A stretch of DNA of 64,000 nucleotides. Source: Gemmatimonadales bacterium (GTDB lineage: Bacteria; Gemmatimonadota; Gemmatimonadetes; Gemmatimonadales; GWC2-71-9). Under the pieces are notes generated by a model, which did no database searches, was not told the DNA's origin, and saw only the letters and a list, made by a program, of their open reading frames with translations. Shown here one piece after another: positions 55,101-64,000 of the stretch. Where the stretch lies: the NCBI GenBank assembly GCA_046262715.1, contig JBHEMG010000185.1:2425-66424 (forward strand), read 5' to 3'. Numbering within the stretch: the first letter of the stretch is position 1; each line of letters opens with the position of its first letter. The position numbers were made by a program, and so were the translations under genes.

Positions 55101-57371
55101 ATGATCGCGTTACCCGCGAGACAACTCGTCCGCTGGCGCGGCTGGGTGATCGCCGCGTGGGCGGTGCTCGCGCTGCTGTTCGCACCCAAAGCCACACACG
55201 TCCAGCGCGTTCTTGCCGTTCGCGGCATGAACGTCGAGCAAACGGAATCCGCTCGCGCCGCGCAGCTGATTCGCGAAACGTTTCCGAATCCGATCGCGGA
55301 ATACGTCGCCATCGTGGTTCATGGGCCGGTGCGGTACACGCACCCGCGCTTTGGGGCGGCGCTCGATTCGATTTCCGCAGCACTCGCGCGCCAGCCATAC
55401 ATCAGCCAGGTCGTTTCGGTCCGAACGATCGGCGAATCCACCTTCGTCAGTCCGGACCATCACACGACCTTTCTCATCGCCGCGCTGACGCCGGCGAGCA
55501 CCGAGGACGTGAGCCGCACCGTCGTCCCCGATCTGCGCGAGACGATCAGCAGTACCATGGGACGCCTGCCCCAGGGCGATGGGTTCGACGTCAAGGTGAC
55601 GGGCAATCCGGCGCTGGACTACGACGTGCGAACGATCAGCGCCGAGGACACCCGGCGCGGTGAACAACGGGTCGTTCCAATCACCCTCGCCGTGCTCGTG
55701 CTCGCGTTCGGCGCACTCGTGGCCGCGACCCTCCCGATCGTCGTCGGTGTGCTGGCCATCACTATTGCGCTTGGGATCGTCGCGGTGGCGGCTCAATTCC
55801 AGACGATGTCGGTGTTCGTGCTCAATATCACCACCATGGTCGGATTGGGCGTCGGGATCGACTACTCGCTGCTCATCGTCACACGCTTTCGGGAGGAATT
55901 GAACAGGGGATTGTCGCCGACAGACGCGGCGATCCGCACGATTCAGACGGCGGGATCCGCCGTGGTGACATCAGGGCTGACGGTGGTCGTGGGATTTGGG
56001 GCGCTGATTCTCACGCCGCTCACCGAGACCCGGTCGGTCGGCGTCGGGGGATTGATCGTCGTCGCCGTGGCGGTCCTGCTCGCGACGACGTTTTTGCCCG
56101 CCGCGCTAGCAATTTTGGGACGCGACATCGACCGCCCCAAGTGGCTGGCCCGCATGCTGGCCTTCATTCACACGCCGCAGGGGTGGGAACGCTGGGCGCG
56201 CTCCCTGGGACACCGGCCGTGGCGCGCAATTCTCGGCGGCGGTCTGGCCGTGGCGATCCTCACCTTCCCCCTGACACAAATCAAGATCGGCCTGCCGGCG
56301 CGCAACTGGTTTCCGCCGGATGCCGAGTCGGGCCAGGGCCTCGCGGCGCTGCGCGATATGGGCGCGAGCGGCGTGATCCAGCCGCTCCGCATCGTGGTCC
56401 GGCTGCCTCCCGGCGAATCCGCGCTGTCCGGAAAGCGGCTGCCGGGGCTCAAGGCGTTGAGCGATTCCATCCGTAAGGATCCGCGGGTGCGAGAGGTGCG
56501 AGGCGTCGCGACGCTCCGGCCGGGCATGTCGACGCTGCAGCTCGCGATTTTTTACGGCGATCCCGAAGCGGTCCGCGAACGGTACCCAGAGTTTTTCAAT
56601 GCCTATCTGAGCGCCGACCGGCAAACGACGCTCATGGACGTGATCGCCGTCGACTCCGTCTCATTGACCGGCATGATGGATTTGGCCCGGCACGTGCGCG
56701 CGACGATCGCGCACGGCACGCGCTTGCGCGGCGCGGAGATCGTGGTAGGAGGCTTTGCGGCGTCGAGCCTCGACCTGCAGGAGCACCTGCTGCGGCGCTT
56801 CCCGGGCATCGTCGCAATGATTCTCGGCGTCACGGCGATCATGCTGTTCATCGCGTTCCGCTCGTTGCTGGTGCCGCTCAAGGCCGTCGTCCTCAATTGC
56901 GTCTCGGTCAGTGCCGCCTTCGGGATCACCGTGCTCGTGTTCCAGCATGGGTACGGGGCGAGCTTCTTCGGGCTCGAGGGGCCGACCGAAGCGATTTTCG
57001 TCGTGGTGCCGGTGCTCGTCTTCGCCACGGTCTTCGGTCTGTCGATGGATTACGAAGTATTTCTCTTGACGCGCGTGAAGGAGGTATTCGACAAGACCGG
57101 CCGCAACGACCACGCGACGATGGAAGGGCTGTCGACGACGGCGTCGACCATCACGTTTGCGGCACTGATCATGATCATCGTGTTCGGCAACTTTGCGTTC
57201 ACCCGTGTGCTTGCCGTGCAGTTCATCGGCTTCGGGCTCGCGGTAGCGGTGCTGCTCGACGCGACCCTGATTCGCATGGTGCTCGTCCCCGCCATCATGC
57301 ATATCGCCGGGCGGTGGAATTGGTGGCCCGGTGTGCGGGCGCCGCGCCGCGATGCCGACGAGGTCACGTAG
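55101..57371 (+). CDS. MMPL family (RND superfamily) transporter
   Basis: 756 aa. Two blocks of TM helices, each containing GVGIDYSLLIV- or GLSMDYEVFLL-type motifs. Confidence 0.9.
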   Translation: MIALPARQLVRWRGWVIAAWAVLALLFAPKATHVQRVLAVRGMNVEQTESARAAQLIRETFPNPIAEYVAIVVHGPVRYTHPRFGAALDSISAALARQPYISQVVSVRTIGESTFVSPDHHTTFLIAALTPASTEDVSRTVVPDLRETISSTMGRLPQGDGFDVKVTGNPALDYDVRTISAEDTRRGEQRVVPITLAVLVLAFGALVAATLPIVVGVLAITIALGIVAVAAQFQTMSVFVLNITTMVGLGVGIDYSLLIVTRFREELNRGLSPTDAAIRTIQTAGSAVVTSGLTVVVGFGALILTPLTETRSVGVGGLIVVAVAVLLATTFLPAALAILGRDIDRPKWLARMLAFIHTPQGWERWARSLGHRPWRAILGGGLAVAILTFPLTQIKIGLPARNWFPPDAESGQGLAALRDMGASGVIQPLRIVVRLPPGESALSGKRLPGLKALSDSIRKDPRVREVRGVATLRPGMSTLQLAIFYGDPEAVRERYPEFFNAYLSADRQTTLMDVIAVDSVSLTGMMDLARHVRATIAHGTRLRGAEIVVGGFAASSLDLQEHLLRRFPGIVAMILGVTAIMLFIAFRSLLVPLKAVVLNCVSVSAAFGITVLVFQHGYGASFFGLEGPTEAIFVVVPVLVFATVFGLSMDYEVFLLTRVKEVFDKTGRNDHATMEGLSTTASTITFAALIMIIVFGNFAFTRVLAVQFIGFGLAVAVLLDATLIRMVLVPAIMHIAGRWNWWPGVRAPRRDADEVT

Positions 57372-57603
57372 GCGAATCGAGCAGTTGCAGCTTTTCTCCC
57401 CAAACATCCCAGTGCCACGCCGGTACGCGAATCCCCGTGTCGGGATCCTTCAGCGGCTTGTATTGCAGCCAGCGCGCCTGAAACCCCAAGGTACGCCCCA
57501 GCGCGAGCAGCCGTTCCTTGTCGGAGCTGACGAGGTGAACCATCGGCTCGTCGCGAATTTTGTGACGGTGAAGCCAAACGCCGCCGTCGAGGGCGAATCG
57601 CAT
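57364..57603 (-). CDS. DUF4031 domain protein
   Basis: This is the internal part of ORF 57364..57714. MRFALDGGVWLHRHKIRDEPMVHLVSSDKERLLALGRTLGFQARWLQ...HWDV matches the DUF4031 pattern as I remember it. Length 79 aa. Confidence 0.6.
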   Translation of the reverse strand: MRFALDGGVWLHRHKIRDEPMVHLVSSDKERLLALGRTLGFQARWLQYKPLKDPDTGIRVPAWHWDVWGEKLQLLDSPT

Positions 57604-57641
57604 CCCCTCGCGGCGGCGTTGGAATTCCCGATACGGCGGCG

Positions 57642-58019
57642 CTACGTGCAGGTAATGCGACCCTCGGCCGTGGCCGGCGCAACCGGCGACGCGCTGCCCT
57701 GATAGAGCACACACTTGCGGGGCGTCTGCGCATGCACCGCCTCGGCGGACCAGCCGCCCGGCGACGCTTCCAGCACATTCAACGTTACGCCCGTCGACGA
57801 GCGGAAATTGTTGAGCGCGACGAGGCTCGACGTATAAAAGGCGCTATCATAGAAGAAAGCCTCTTGGGCCGTCGCGAGATTTTTAAGATCGGACTTCATC
57901 TGCGCGACGTACGCCTTCTGCTTCGTGTTGGCGAGCTTCGGGATCGCGATTGCCGCGAGCAGCCCGATGATCACCACCACGATCAGCAGCTCGATCAGGG
58001 TAAAACCGCGTGCCTTCAC
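57642..58019 (-). CDS. Type IV pilin / prepilin-type N-terminal methylation domain protein
   Basis: This is the internal part of ORF 57642..58139. GGAGGG plus 7 nt plus GTG 58019 gives MKARGFTLIELLIVVVIIGLLAAIAIP. There is a C-terminal Cys pair (C..C) typical of the pilin D-region. Confidence 0.8.
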   Translation of the reverse strand: MKARGFTLIELLIVVVIIGLLAAIAIPKLANTKQKAYVAQMKSDLKNLATAQEAFFYDSAFYTSSLVALNNFRSSTGVTLNVLEASPGGWSAEAVHAQTPRKCVLYQGSASPVAPATAEGRITCT

Positions 58020-58117
58020 TGCGTTACCCTCCGGGCGCGAAAGGGCGTCGTCCGTCACACAGCTCGGATCGACGCCCCTATTGTGGGCACTCCCCCCTGA
58101 TCCTGCAAGAGGCGTGC

Positions 58118-60946
58118 TTATCCCTTCGCGTCGATCCAATTCTTTCCGGCGCCGATACTTACGAGCAATGGCACACGCAGGCTGGCAACTCCCTCCATCT
58201 CGCGTTTTACAAGGGTCCCGGCAGCTGCCCGCTCGGATTCCGGGATTTCGAACACCAGCTCGTCATGCACCTGTAAGAGCATTTTGGCGCGCAGATCGGC
58301 CCGCCGCAGCGCCGCGTGGATCCGGATCATGGCGATCTTGATGAGGTCTGCCGCCGACCCCTGCAGCGGCGAATTGGTCGCCGTCCGCTCGCCGAATGCC
58401 CGGATGCTGAAGTTCCTGTCGCGAAGCTCCGGGATGTAGCGCCGCCGGCCGAACAACGTCTCTACGAACCCCTTCTGGCGCGCTTCCTCAACGGTCTTGT
58501 CGAGCCAGGCGCGTACGCCGGCAAAGCGTTCGAAGTAGTGCTTGATGAACGACTTTGCCTCGTCCAGCGTAATGCCGAGCTGCCGAGACAACGCCAGCGG
58601 CCCCTGTCCGTAGATCGTCGCGAAATTGATTGTCTTGGCGCGGGCGCGCATCTCTCCGGTGACGTTTTCTTCCGGGACGCCGAAGATGACCGCTGCCGTT
58701 TGCCGGTGGATGTCGCCGCCGCGCTGGAACGCCGCCACGAACGACGGATCCTCGGAGAGATGCGCGAGCAAACGCAGCTCGATCTGCGAGTAATCGGCGA
58801 TGAGCAGCTCGCGACCCGGAGGGGCGACGAACGCGCGCCGGATTTCCCCGCCCCGGCGCGTGCGTACGGGAATATTCTGGAGATTAGGATCCGACGACGA
58901 CAGCCGGCCCGTCGCTGCGCCGGTCTGATTGAAGGTCGTGTGTACCCGGCCCGTGTCGGCCTGGATGTAACCGGGGAGCGCGTCCACGTATGTGGACTGC
59001 AGCTTCGACAGCTCCCGGTACTCGATCAGCAGTCGTGGGACCTCATGACCCAGGGCCGCGAGCTGTTCCAGCACTTCAACGTCGGTGGACGGGCCGGTCT
59101 TCGTGCGCTTCTGCACCGGCAGTTTCAACCGCTCGAATAGAATCGTTCGCAGCTGGGGGGTCGAGCCGATGTTGAACTCGCCGCCGGCGGCACGGTAAAT
59201 GTCGAGCTCCAACACCTTCAGCTCTTTACTGAATCCACGCGACATCTCTCCCAGGAACGCTCGATCGACCAGAATGCCGGTGGCTTCCATGTCCACCAGC
59301 ACCGGGATCAGCGGAATCTCGATCTCATCCAGCAACTGCGTCAAATGATGGGCCTCGATGTCGGCACGGAAGGTCTCCTCCAGCCGCAGCACCATTTCCG
59401 TCTGCGCCGCGGAAACTCTCGCTGCCTCCGCCACCGGGACCTCGGCCAGCGTTCGCTCCGTGACGCCGCCTTTGACCTTCCCGAGCAGCTGCGCCGTCAT
59501 TGGGAGCTCGACGGAGAGATGCTCGCGCGCCAGATCATTCATTGCATGCGAGCGGCTGCCAGGATCGAGCACGAAGCTGGCGACCATTGAGTCGTACGCC
59601 ACGCCGGCGAGCGCGACGCCCGCGCGCGCGAGAGCGACCCACACCGCCTTGATGTCGTGGCCTGCCTTTCGGACATCTGGGTCGGCCAGCGCCGCGCGCA
59701 GCTCCGCCAGCGCGGGACTCGCAAGCGATGGGAGGTTTCGCGGCGCCTTGCTCTCGAATTCGTTTTCGCGCGCGTGATGACCGAGCGGCAGGTACCACGA
59801 ACGCCCGGGCGCGACCGCGATCGAGAGTCCCACAACCTGGGGATCGGTGTGAATTGCCACGAGCCTGGCCGCTCGCAGCTCCTTGATCATCGCCGGCAGT
59901 GCGGCGGGATCGTCGATAATTGTCGGATCGGCGAGCTGGGGCGTGCGGACCGCGGGCGCCGGGGCCGGCCCCCCCGCCGGCCCCGCCTCGACGGACGGAG
60001 CGCCCCCCACCGCGGCGAGATCATCGAGCTTCGGGATGAGGGTGCGGAACTCGAGCTCGGTGAACAGCGCCGCGAGGCTCTCGGTGTCTGGCGTGCGGAC
60101 GCCGAGCTGATCGAGATCGAGCTCGACCGGCACGTCCCGGCGCAGTGTGACCAGCTGGCGCGAAAGACGGGCATTGTCGGCCTGCTGAAGCAGCGCTTCG
60201 CGCGGGCGCTTACCCGGAATATCGGCCGCGCGCGCGAGGATGGTGTCGAGGTCGCCATACGTTTCCAGCAGCTGAACGGCGGTCTTGTCGCCGATGCCCT
60301 TCACGCCCGGGATATTGTCGGAGGTATCACCGACCAGCGCGAGGAAATCCACCACCTGCGCCGGCGGGACGCCCAGCCGCTCGTTCGCGTTGGTGTGATC
60401 CACCCACTGCTCCTCGACGGCCGCTTGCCCGCCGCGGCCGGGATTGAGCAGCGCGACTCCATCGCCGATCAGCTGATAGAAGTCCTTGTCGCCCGACACG
60501 ATGACGGCCTGCATACCGTCGTGCGCCACGCGCTCAGCGAGCGTCGCCACCACGTCGTCGGCCTCGTAGCCGTTGATCGCGATGACGGGAATGTGAAACG
60601 CATCGAGGATCTGGCACACGCGCTCGAGCGAGCGATCGAAGTCCTGCTGTAGCTCCTCGCTCAGCTTCTCGCGCGTCGCCTTATACTCGGCGTATTGCTC
60701 TTGGCGGAACGACTTTCCCCGATCGTGGACCCAGCCGATGTACTCGGGATGGTAGTTTTCGTAGAGCCGCAGCAGAAAGTTCGTGATGCCCCAGACCGCG
60801 GACGTGTTCTCCCCGCTTTTCGTCGTCAGCGGCCGGGCAATCATCGCAAAAAACGCCCGGTAGATAAGGGCGTACCCGTCGACCAGGAAGACACACTTCC
60901 GGCCGGCGGCGGTGGCGGGAATTGGCGGGGCGGGACGCGGAGGCAT
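58118..60946 (-). CDS. polA: DNA polymerase I
   Basis: 5'-nuclease (LVDGYALIYRAFFA), exonuclease-like and polymerase domains (DYSQIELR, QVHDELV). The start is ATG 60946 or TTG 60976. Confidence 0.95.
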   Translation of the reverse strand: MPPRPAPPIPATAAGRKCVFLVDGYALIYRAFFAMIARPLTTKSGENTSAVWGITNFLLRLYENYHPEYIGWVHDRGKSFRQEQYAEYKATREKLSEELQQDFDRSLERVCQILDAFHIPVIAINGYEADDVVATLAERVAHDGMQAVIVSGDKDFYQLIGDGVALLNPGRGGQAAVEEQWVDHTNANERLGVPPAQVVDFLALVGDTSDNIPGVKGIGDKTAVQLLETYGDLDTILARAADIPGKRPREALLQQADNARLSRQLVTLRRDVPVELDLDQLGVRTPDTESLAALFTELEFRTLIPKLDDLAAVGGAPSVEAGPAGGPAPAPAVRTPQLADPTIIDDPAALPAMIKELRAARLVAIHTDPQVVGLSIAVAPGRSWYLPLGHHARENEFESKAPRNLPSLASPALAELRAALADPDVRKAGHDIKAVWVALARAGVALAGVAYDSMVASFVLDPGSRSHAMNDLAREHLSVELPMTAQLLGKVKGGVTERTLAEVPVAEAARVSAAQTEMVLRLEETFRADIEAHHLTQLLDEIEIPLIPVLVDMEATGILVDRAFLGEMSRGFSKELKVLELDIYRAAGGEFNIGSTPQLRTILFERLKLPVQKRTKTGPSTDVEVLEQLAALGHEVPRLLIEYRELSKLQSTYVDALPGYIQADTGRVHTTFNQTGAATGRLSSSDPNLQNIPVRTRRGGEIRRAFVAPPGRELLIADYSQIELRLLAHLSEDPSFVAAFQRGGDIHRQTAAVIFGVPEENVTGEMRARAKTINFATIYGQGPLALSRQLGITLDEAKSFIKHYFERFAGVRAWLDKTVEEARQKGFVETLFGRRRYIPELRDRNFSIRAFGERTATNSPLQGSAADLIKIAMIRIHAALRRADLRAKMLLQVHDELVFEIPESERAAAGTLVKREMEGVASLRVPLLVSIGAGKNWIDAKG

Positions 60947-60976
60947 GGACTGGAAAACTAGCCACGGAAACAACAA

Positions 60977-61001
60977 CCCCGCCCAGGGTGCCCGGGCGGG
61001 G
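60977..61001 (-). terminator. Intrinsic terminator after the csp gene
   Basis: The minus strand reads CCCCGCCC gggcaccct GGGCGGGG followed by TTGTTGTTTCC. Confidence 0.6.
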
Positions 61002-61027
61002 CGGAACAGTCTGGTGAAGGCCGCGCG

Positions 61028-61228
61028 TTAGGCGCGCACGACGTTGCTGGCGTGAAGACCCTTGTCTCCCTGCTTCACTTCGAACTCCACGACTTGGCCC
61101 TCGGCGAGCGTCTTGAAGCCATCCATCTGAATCGCCGAGAAGTGCACGAACACGTCTTCGCCGCCATCTTGCTCAATGAAGCCGTACCCCTTGGCGTCAT
61201 TGAACCACTTCACCTTGCCCTTGATCAC
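61028..61228 (-). CDS. Cold-shock protein (CspA family)
   Basis: [16 protein letters not shown]...DVFVHFSAI (RNP1/RNP2). GTG start preceded by GGAGG. A TTGACA -35-like hexamer lies at 61299-61304 on the minus strand. Confidence 0.95.
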   Translation of the reverse strand: MIKGKVKWFNDAKGYGFIEQDGGEDVFVHFSAIQMDGFKTLAEGQVVEFEVKQGDKGLHASNVVRA

Positions 61229-61309
61229 GATCCGCCTCCTGCAGAGACTGTGCTGAACGACTAGTGGACGGCTAGAAAAGACCCGCAGCCCAGAACACTG
61301 TCAAGCCGC

Positions 61310-63544
61310 TCAGGATGGCCCATACAACGCGCGATACAACTCGCGATTGCGCAATAAACTCCGCACATAACCGCGCGTTTCCGGATAGGGGATGAGCTCG
61401 ATGAATCGGTCGGGATCTCCCGCTCCGTCGCGCGCGAGCCAGCGGCGAACCGGCACCGGTCCCGCGTTGTACGCGGCGATGGCGGCGTCCACCCTCCCAA
61501 ACCGCCGAATCAGCTCCGCGAGATGCGCCGCTCCGAGGTGCAGATTGAGATCGGGGACGGTAAGCCACTCCGGGAAGAACGCGACGTCGAGCCCGCGCGC
61601 CATCAGCGCGGCGGTGCTCGGCAACAGCTGCACGAGGCCGCGCGCCCCCGCCGGTGACAGCGCCTCGACGTCGAAGACACTCTCCTGACGCACGAGCGCG
61701 GCGAGGAGCAACGCATCGACGCCGAACTCCTCCGCTTCCGCCTCGACCGCGGCGCGATTGGGCCAGGGGAAGATTGCCCGCAGCACGCGCACGTCCCCCG
61801 GCGCCAGCAGCGCCGCCTGCCAGCCGAGTCGCACCGCCGCCGAGCCGTACCCTCGCGTGCTCAGACCCTCGCTCCACCCCAATAACGCCTCGAGATCCTG
61901 CGGCGGCCTGGCCAACACGATCCGCACTTCGGCTTGGGCCTCGCTATCCAGTCCGGCGAGCAGCAGCGTGTCGATACGCGCGAGACCGGTGGCAATCGCA
62001 GGCGGCGGTGTGCTGCGTGCCGGAGGCGCGGTAAACGTGAGGGGCCCAAGGCCGGTTTCGCGGCGCGCGCGCATCCCGTAGTACCCGAGCGAGTCTTCGT
62101 GCGCGAGCGTCACCCAGATATTGCGCGCCTGGGCAGAATCGCCCCGACCTTCCGCCATCTTGGCGAGCCAGAAGCGCGCGGCGGTTCGCTGCGGTCCCGC
62201 CGCATCGATCTCCGCCTGGTACAAGACCGCGGCACTGTCGAGCTGGCCCGCGCCCTCGGCGTGGGCGGCGAGGCGAAACCGCGCCAGCGATGCGCGAGGA
62301 TCGGCGGGATAGCGGGTCATCAGCTCGCGATACCAATGCACGGCGTCGGGCCACCGGTCGCGGCTCTCCATCATGTCAGCCAACAGATAGAGGGCGCCCG
62401 GCGCCGCGGTGTCCGTCGGATAGCTCTGCGCGAAGCGGGACAGCGCGCCGATCGCCGTCGAGTCCCCGAGGCGGACGAGGACGCGCGCACGGCGGGACAT
62501 CGCCGCACGTCCCAAGGTCGAGTCGCGGGTCGCTGCGCCATACGCGCGTACCGCGTCGCGCAACCGGCCGCCGGCCAGAAGTAAGTCTCCATAGAACAGC
62601 AGCGTCGTCGCGCTCGAATCCCCTGCGTGGAGGGCGTGCTCGACATGCATGCGCGCGTCGCGCGACGTAGTGCGCCGGTTCAATGCGCGCGCGAGGACGA
62701 CGTGCTCCGCGGGATCGCGCGGCGGGAGCGGTCCGAGCGCGAGCGGCACGGCCGCGGCCGCGTCATCGCTCAGCGGATCGCGGGTGAACAGTTTGTACAC
62801 GAGCGCGCGAGCGCGCGCTGAGTCGCCGGTCAGCAATGCCAGGCGGGCGGCGTCCAGTCCCTTCCCTGCCGCCGCGAACGCGTCGAGCGCTCTGGTTGTA
62901 TCGCCCGCGAGTAGCAGGGAGCGCGCGCGCGCGAGCGGCACATCCCGGGCCGCCGGTGCCGGCACATCCATGAGCAACCGACTCGCCTCGGCCGTATCCC
63001 TGGTGACACGCGCCTGCCGCACCCGCAACCACGGATCGATTGCCGGGAGCGCGCCGCCCTCACGCGCCGCCGCAAACGCAACCGCCGCGCTGTCAGGCTG
63101 CCCGGCCGCCTCGTACGCGAGAGCCGCCCGCACGGCGAGCAGCGGTTTGCGCGCCGCCGGCGCGCGCGCACGGGCCAGCTGGAAATGCGTCGCCGCGTCG
63201 GCGTACCGAGACACACCGAATTCCGCCTGGGCCAGCACCGCGAGCGCTTCGCCGTCCAGATAGTCGGTCAGCCACGGTTGCCCAGACAGCAGGATCCGCG
63301 CGCGCTCGTAGCGCCGGGCGTGCACTTCGGCCTTGGCGCCTTCGACGATGAGAAATGCATCGGGGTTCGGCTCACGACGTGCCGCGGCGAGCAGCGTCTC
63401 CGCGGCATGCCAGGGGCGGCCCGCCAGCCGCAATGAATCGGCGCGATACGTGGCGGTGTGGTCGGCGGGAGCGACGCTTTGTGCCCTTCCCCTCACCGCG
63501 GACACGACCAACACCGCGATCCCGAGGGCGACGCCGCGTCTCAC
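61310..63544 (-). CDS. Lytic murein transglycosylase (Slt70-like: superhelical TPR-like N-domain plus SLT catalytic domain)
   Basis: ORF 61310..63673. C-terminal LVRQESVFD...GARGLVQLLPSTA...AYNAGP. The preferred start is GTG 63544, giving the signal VRRGVALGIAVLVVSAVRGRAQS and a GTGA overlap with the upstream stop. Confidence 0.85.
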   Translation of the reverse strand: MRRGVALGIAVLVVSAVRGRAQSVAPADHTATYRADSLRLAGRPWHAAETLLAAARREPNPDAFLIVEGAKAEVHARRYERARILLSGQPWLTDYLDGEALAVLAQAEFGVSRYADAATHFQLARARAPAARKPLLAVRAALAYEAAGQPDSAAVAFAAAREGGALPAIDPWLRVRQARVTRDTAEASRLLMDVPAPAARDVPLARARSLLLAGDTTRALDAFAAAGKGLDAARLALLTGDSARARALVYKLFTRDPLSDDAAAAVPLALGPLPPRDPAEHVVLARALNRRTTSRDARMHVEHALHAGDSSATTLLFYGDLLLAGGRLRDAVRAYGAATRDSTLGRAAMSRRARVLVRLGDSTAIGALSRFAQSYPTDTAAPGALYLLADMMESRDRWPDAVHWYRELMTRYPADPRASLARFRLAAHAEGAGQLDSAAVLYQAEIDAAGPQRTAARFWLAKMAEGRGDSAQARNIWVTLAHEDSLGYYGMRARRETGLGPLTFTAPPARSTPPPAIATGLARIDTLLLAGLDSEAQAEVRIVLARPPQDLEALLGWSEGLSTRGYGSAAVRLGWQAALLAPGDVRVLRAIFPWPNRAAVEAEAEEFGVDALLLAALVRQESVFDVEALSPAGARGLVQLLPSTAALMARGLDVAFFPEWLTVPDLNLHLGAAHLAELIRRFGRVDAAIAAYNAGPVPVRRWLARDGAGDPDRFIELIPYPETRGYVRSLLRNRELYRALYGPS

Positions 63545-64000
63545 CTGCCTGAGCGCCTCACTCGCGCCAACACCCGCTGAAACTCGGCGCGCGACGTCGG
63601 GGTCAGACGAAAGCGGCTGAAACCAGTTTGATCTTGGAAATAGAGGACCAGGCGCTGAACGGCATACGTCCAACGCAACACCCGCATGCCGTTGCGCTCG
63701 ATGCCATTGGACAGGTCGAGCATTTCATCGGGCTCGCCCAAGGAAACGAGGACCTCCCCGCGCTCCGTCAGCCACCCCGCCTCCCCTTCGTCGGGAAAGC
63801 GCAGGTTGGCCTGCTGGATTCGCTTGAAGTACTCGTCCAGCGCCTCGTTCTCCGTCGTGATCGGCGTGGGATCGGTAGCTCTCCAGAAATCGCGCCACAA
63901 CTCCAAGCGCCGGGCAGGCGTCGCGCGCCGCAGCGAGTCCACCCATTCCTGCTGATCGAAATAGCGCAGCAGGCTCAGCATTTCGTCGAAGTTCGTGATG
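63541..64000 (-). CDS. GWxTD domain protein, C-terminal part; the 5' end lies beyond the right edge
   Basis: ORF 63541..63981 plus an open frame to position 64000 (my translation ...ITNFDEMLSLL has no stop). FW...TDPTPITTENE...YFKRIQQANLRF...GWLTERGEVLVSLGEPD matches the GWxTD pattern. Confidence 0.7.
   Translation of the reverse strand, partial: ITNFDEMLSLLRYFDQQEWVDSLRRATPARRLELWRDFWRATDPTPITTENEALDEYFKRIQQANLRFPDEGEAGWLTERGEVLVSLGEPDEMLDLSNGIERNGMRVLRWTYAVQRLVLYFQDQTGFSRFRLTPTSRAEFQRVLARVRRSGR

Overview
High-GC bacterial chromosomal window, about two-thirds G+C by eye. It is very gene-dense. I support about 66 protein-coding genes and see no rRNA, tRNA, transposase, integrase or CRISPR array. 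The gene content is reminiscent of Gemmatimonadota/Acidobacteriota-type genomes (inference only): a GWxTD protein, a four-helix-bundle IVS-type protein, a DUF4382 lipoprotein and an ECF module with glycogen-binding-like domains. Recognisable blocks, left to right: (1) an edge-truncated M1-like peptidase, flavin reductase, amidohydrolase, DJ-1/PfpI, DUF1015 and MazG. (2) A translationally chained thiolase, FadJ-like enzyme, proline dehydrogenase, unknown protein and RsgA, lying divergent from glpD. (3) A secreted HEAT-repeat protein, lying divergent from a TsdA-like dihaem cytochrome c and a Tat-exported DsrE-like protein. (4) A six-gene minus-strand operon: class-V PLP enzyme, LOG-family protein, deoxyhypusine-synthase-like protein, MFS transporter, Ddl-like ATP-grasp and a 4x zinc-ribbon/HExxH protein. 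I consider this the best candidate for an undescribed pathway. (5) queG with two small coupled ORFs, then M20 peptidase, MBL hydrolase and the DUF4382 lipoprotein. (6) An ECF sigma four-gene module preceded by a heptamer repeat array. (7) An origin-proximal-type neighbourhood: mnmG, two perfect-core parS sites, parA, parB, an M23 peptidase, bactofilin, then a small intergenic region with a cluster of DnaA-box-like 9-mers, then Nif3 and an MFS transporter. (8) NatAB-like ABC transporter and sufBCDSU. (9) def, a TPP riboswitch with thiC, a cyclase with a short TetR, ferredoxin, RNase D and SufT. (10) Serine hydrolase, matrixin, MMPL, DUF4031, an orphan pilin, polA, csp, a lytic transglycosylase and an edge-truncated GWxTD protein. 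Two architectural themes recur. First, 1-4 nt stop/start overlaps (ATGA, GTGA, TGATG) occur throughout, along with overlapping convergent stops (CTAG) and overlapping divergent starts (CATG). Second, there are many long antisense ORFs, which I treat as high-GC artefacts. All functional calls come from motif recognition by eye. No database search was run.
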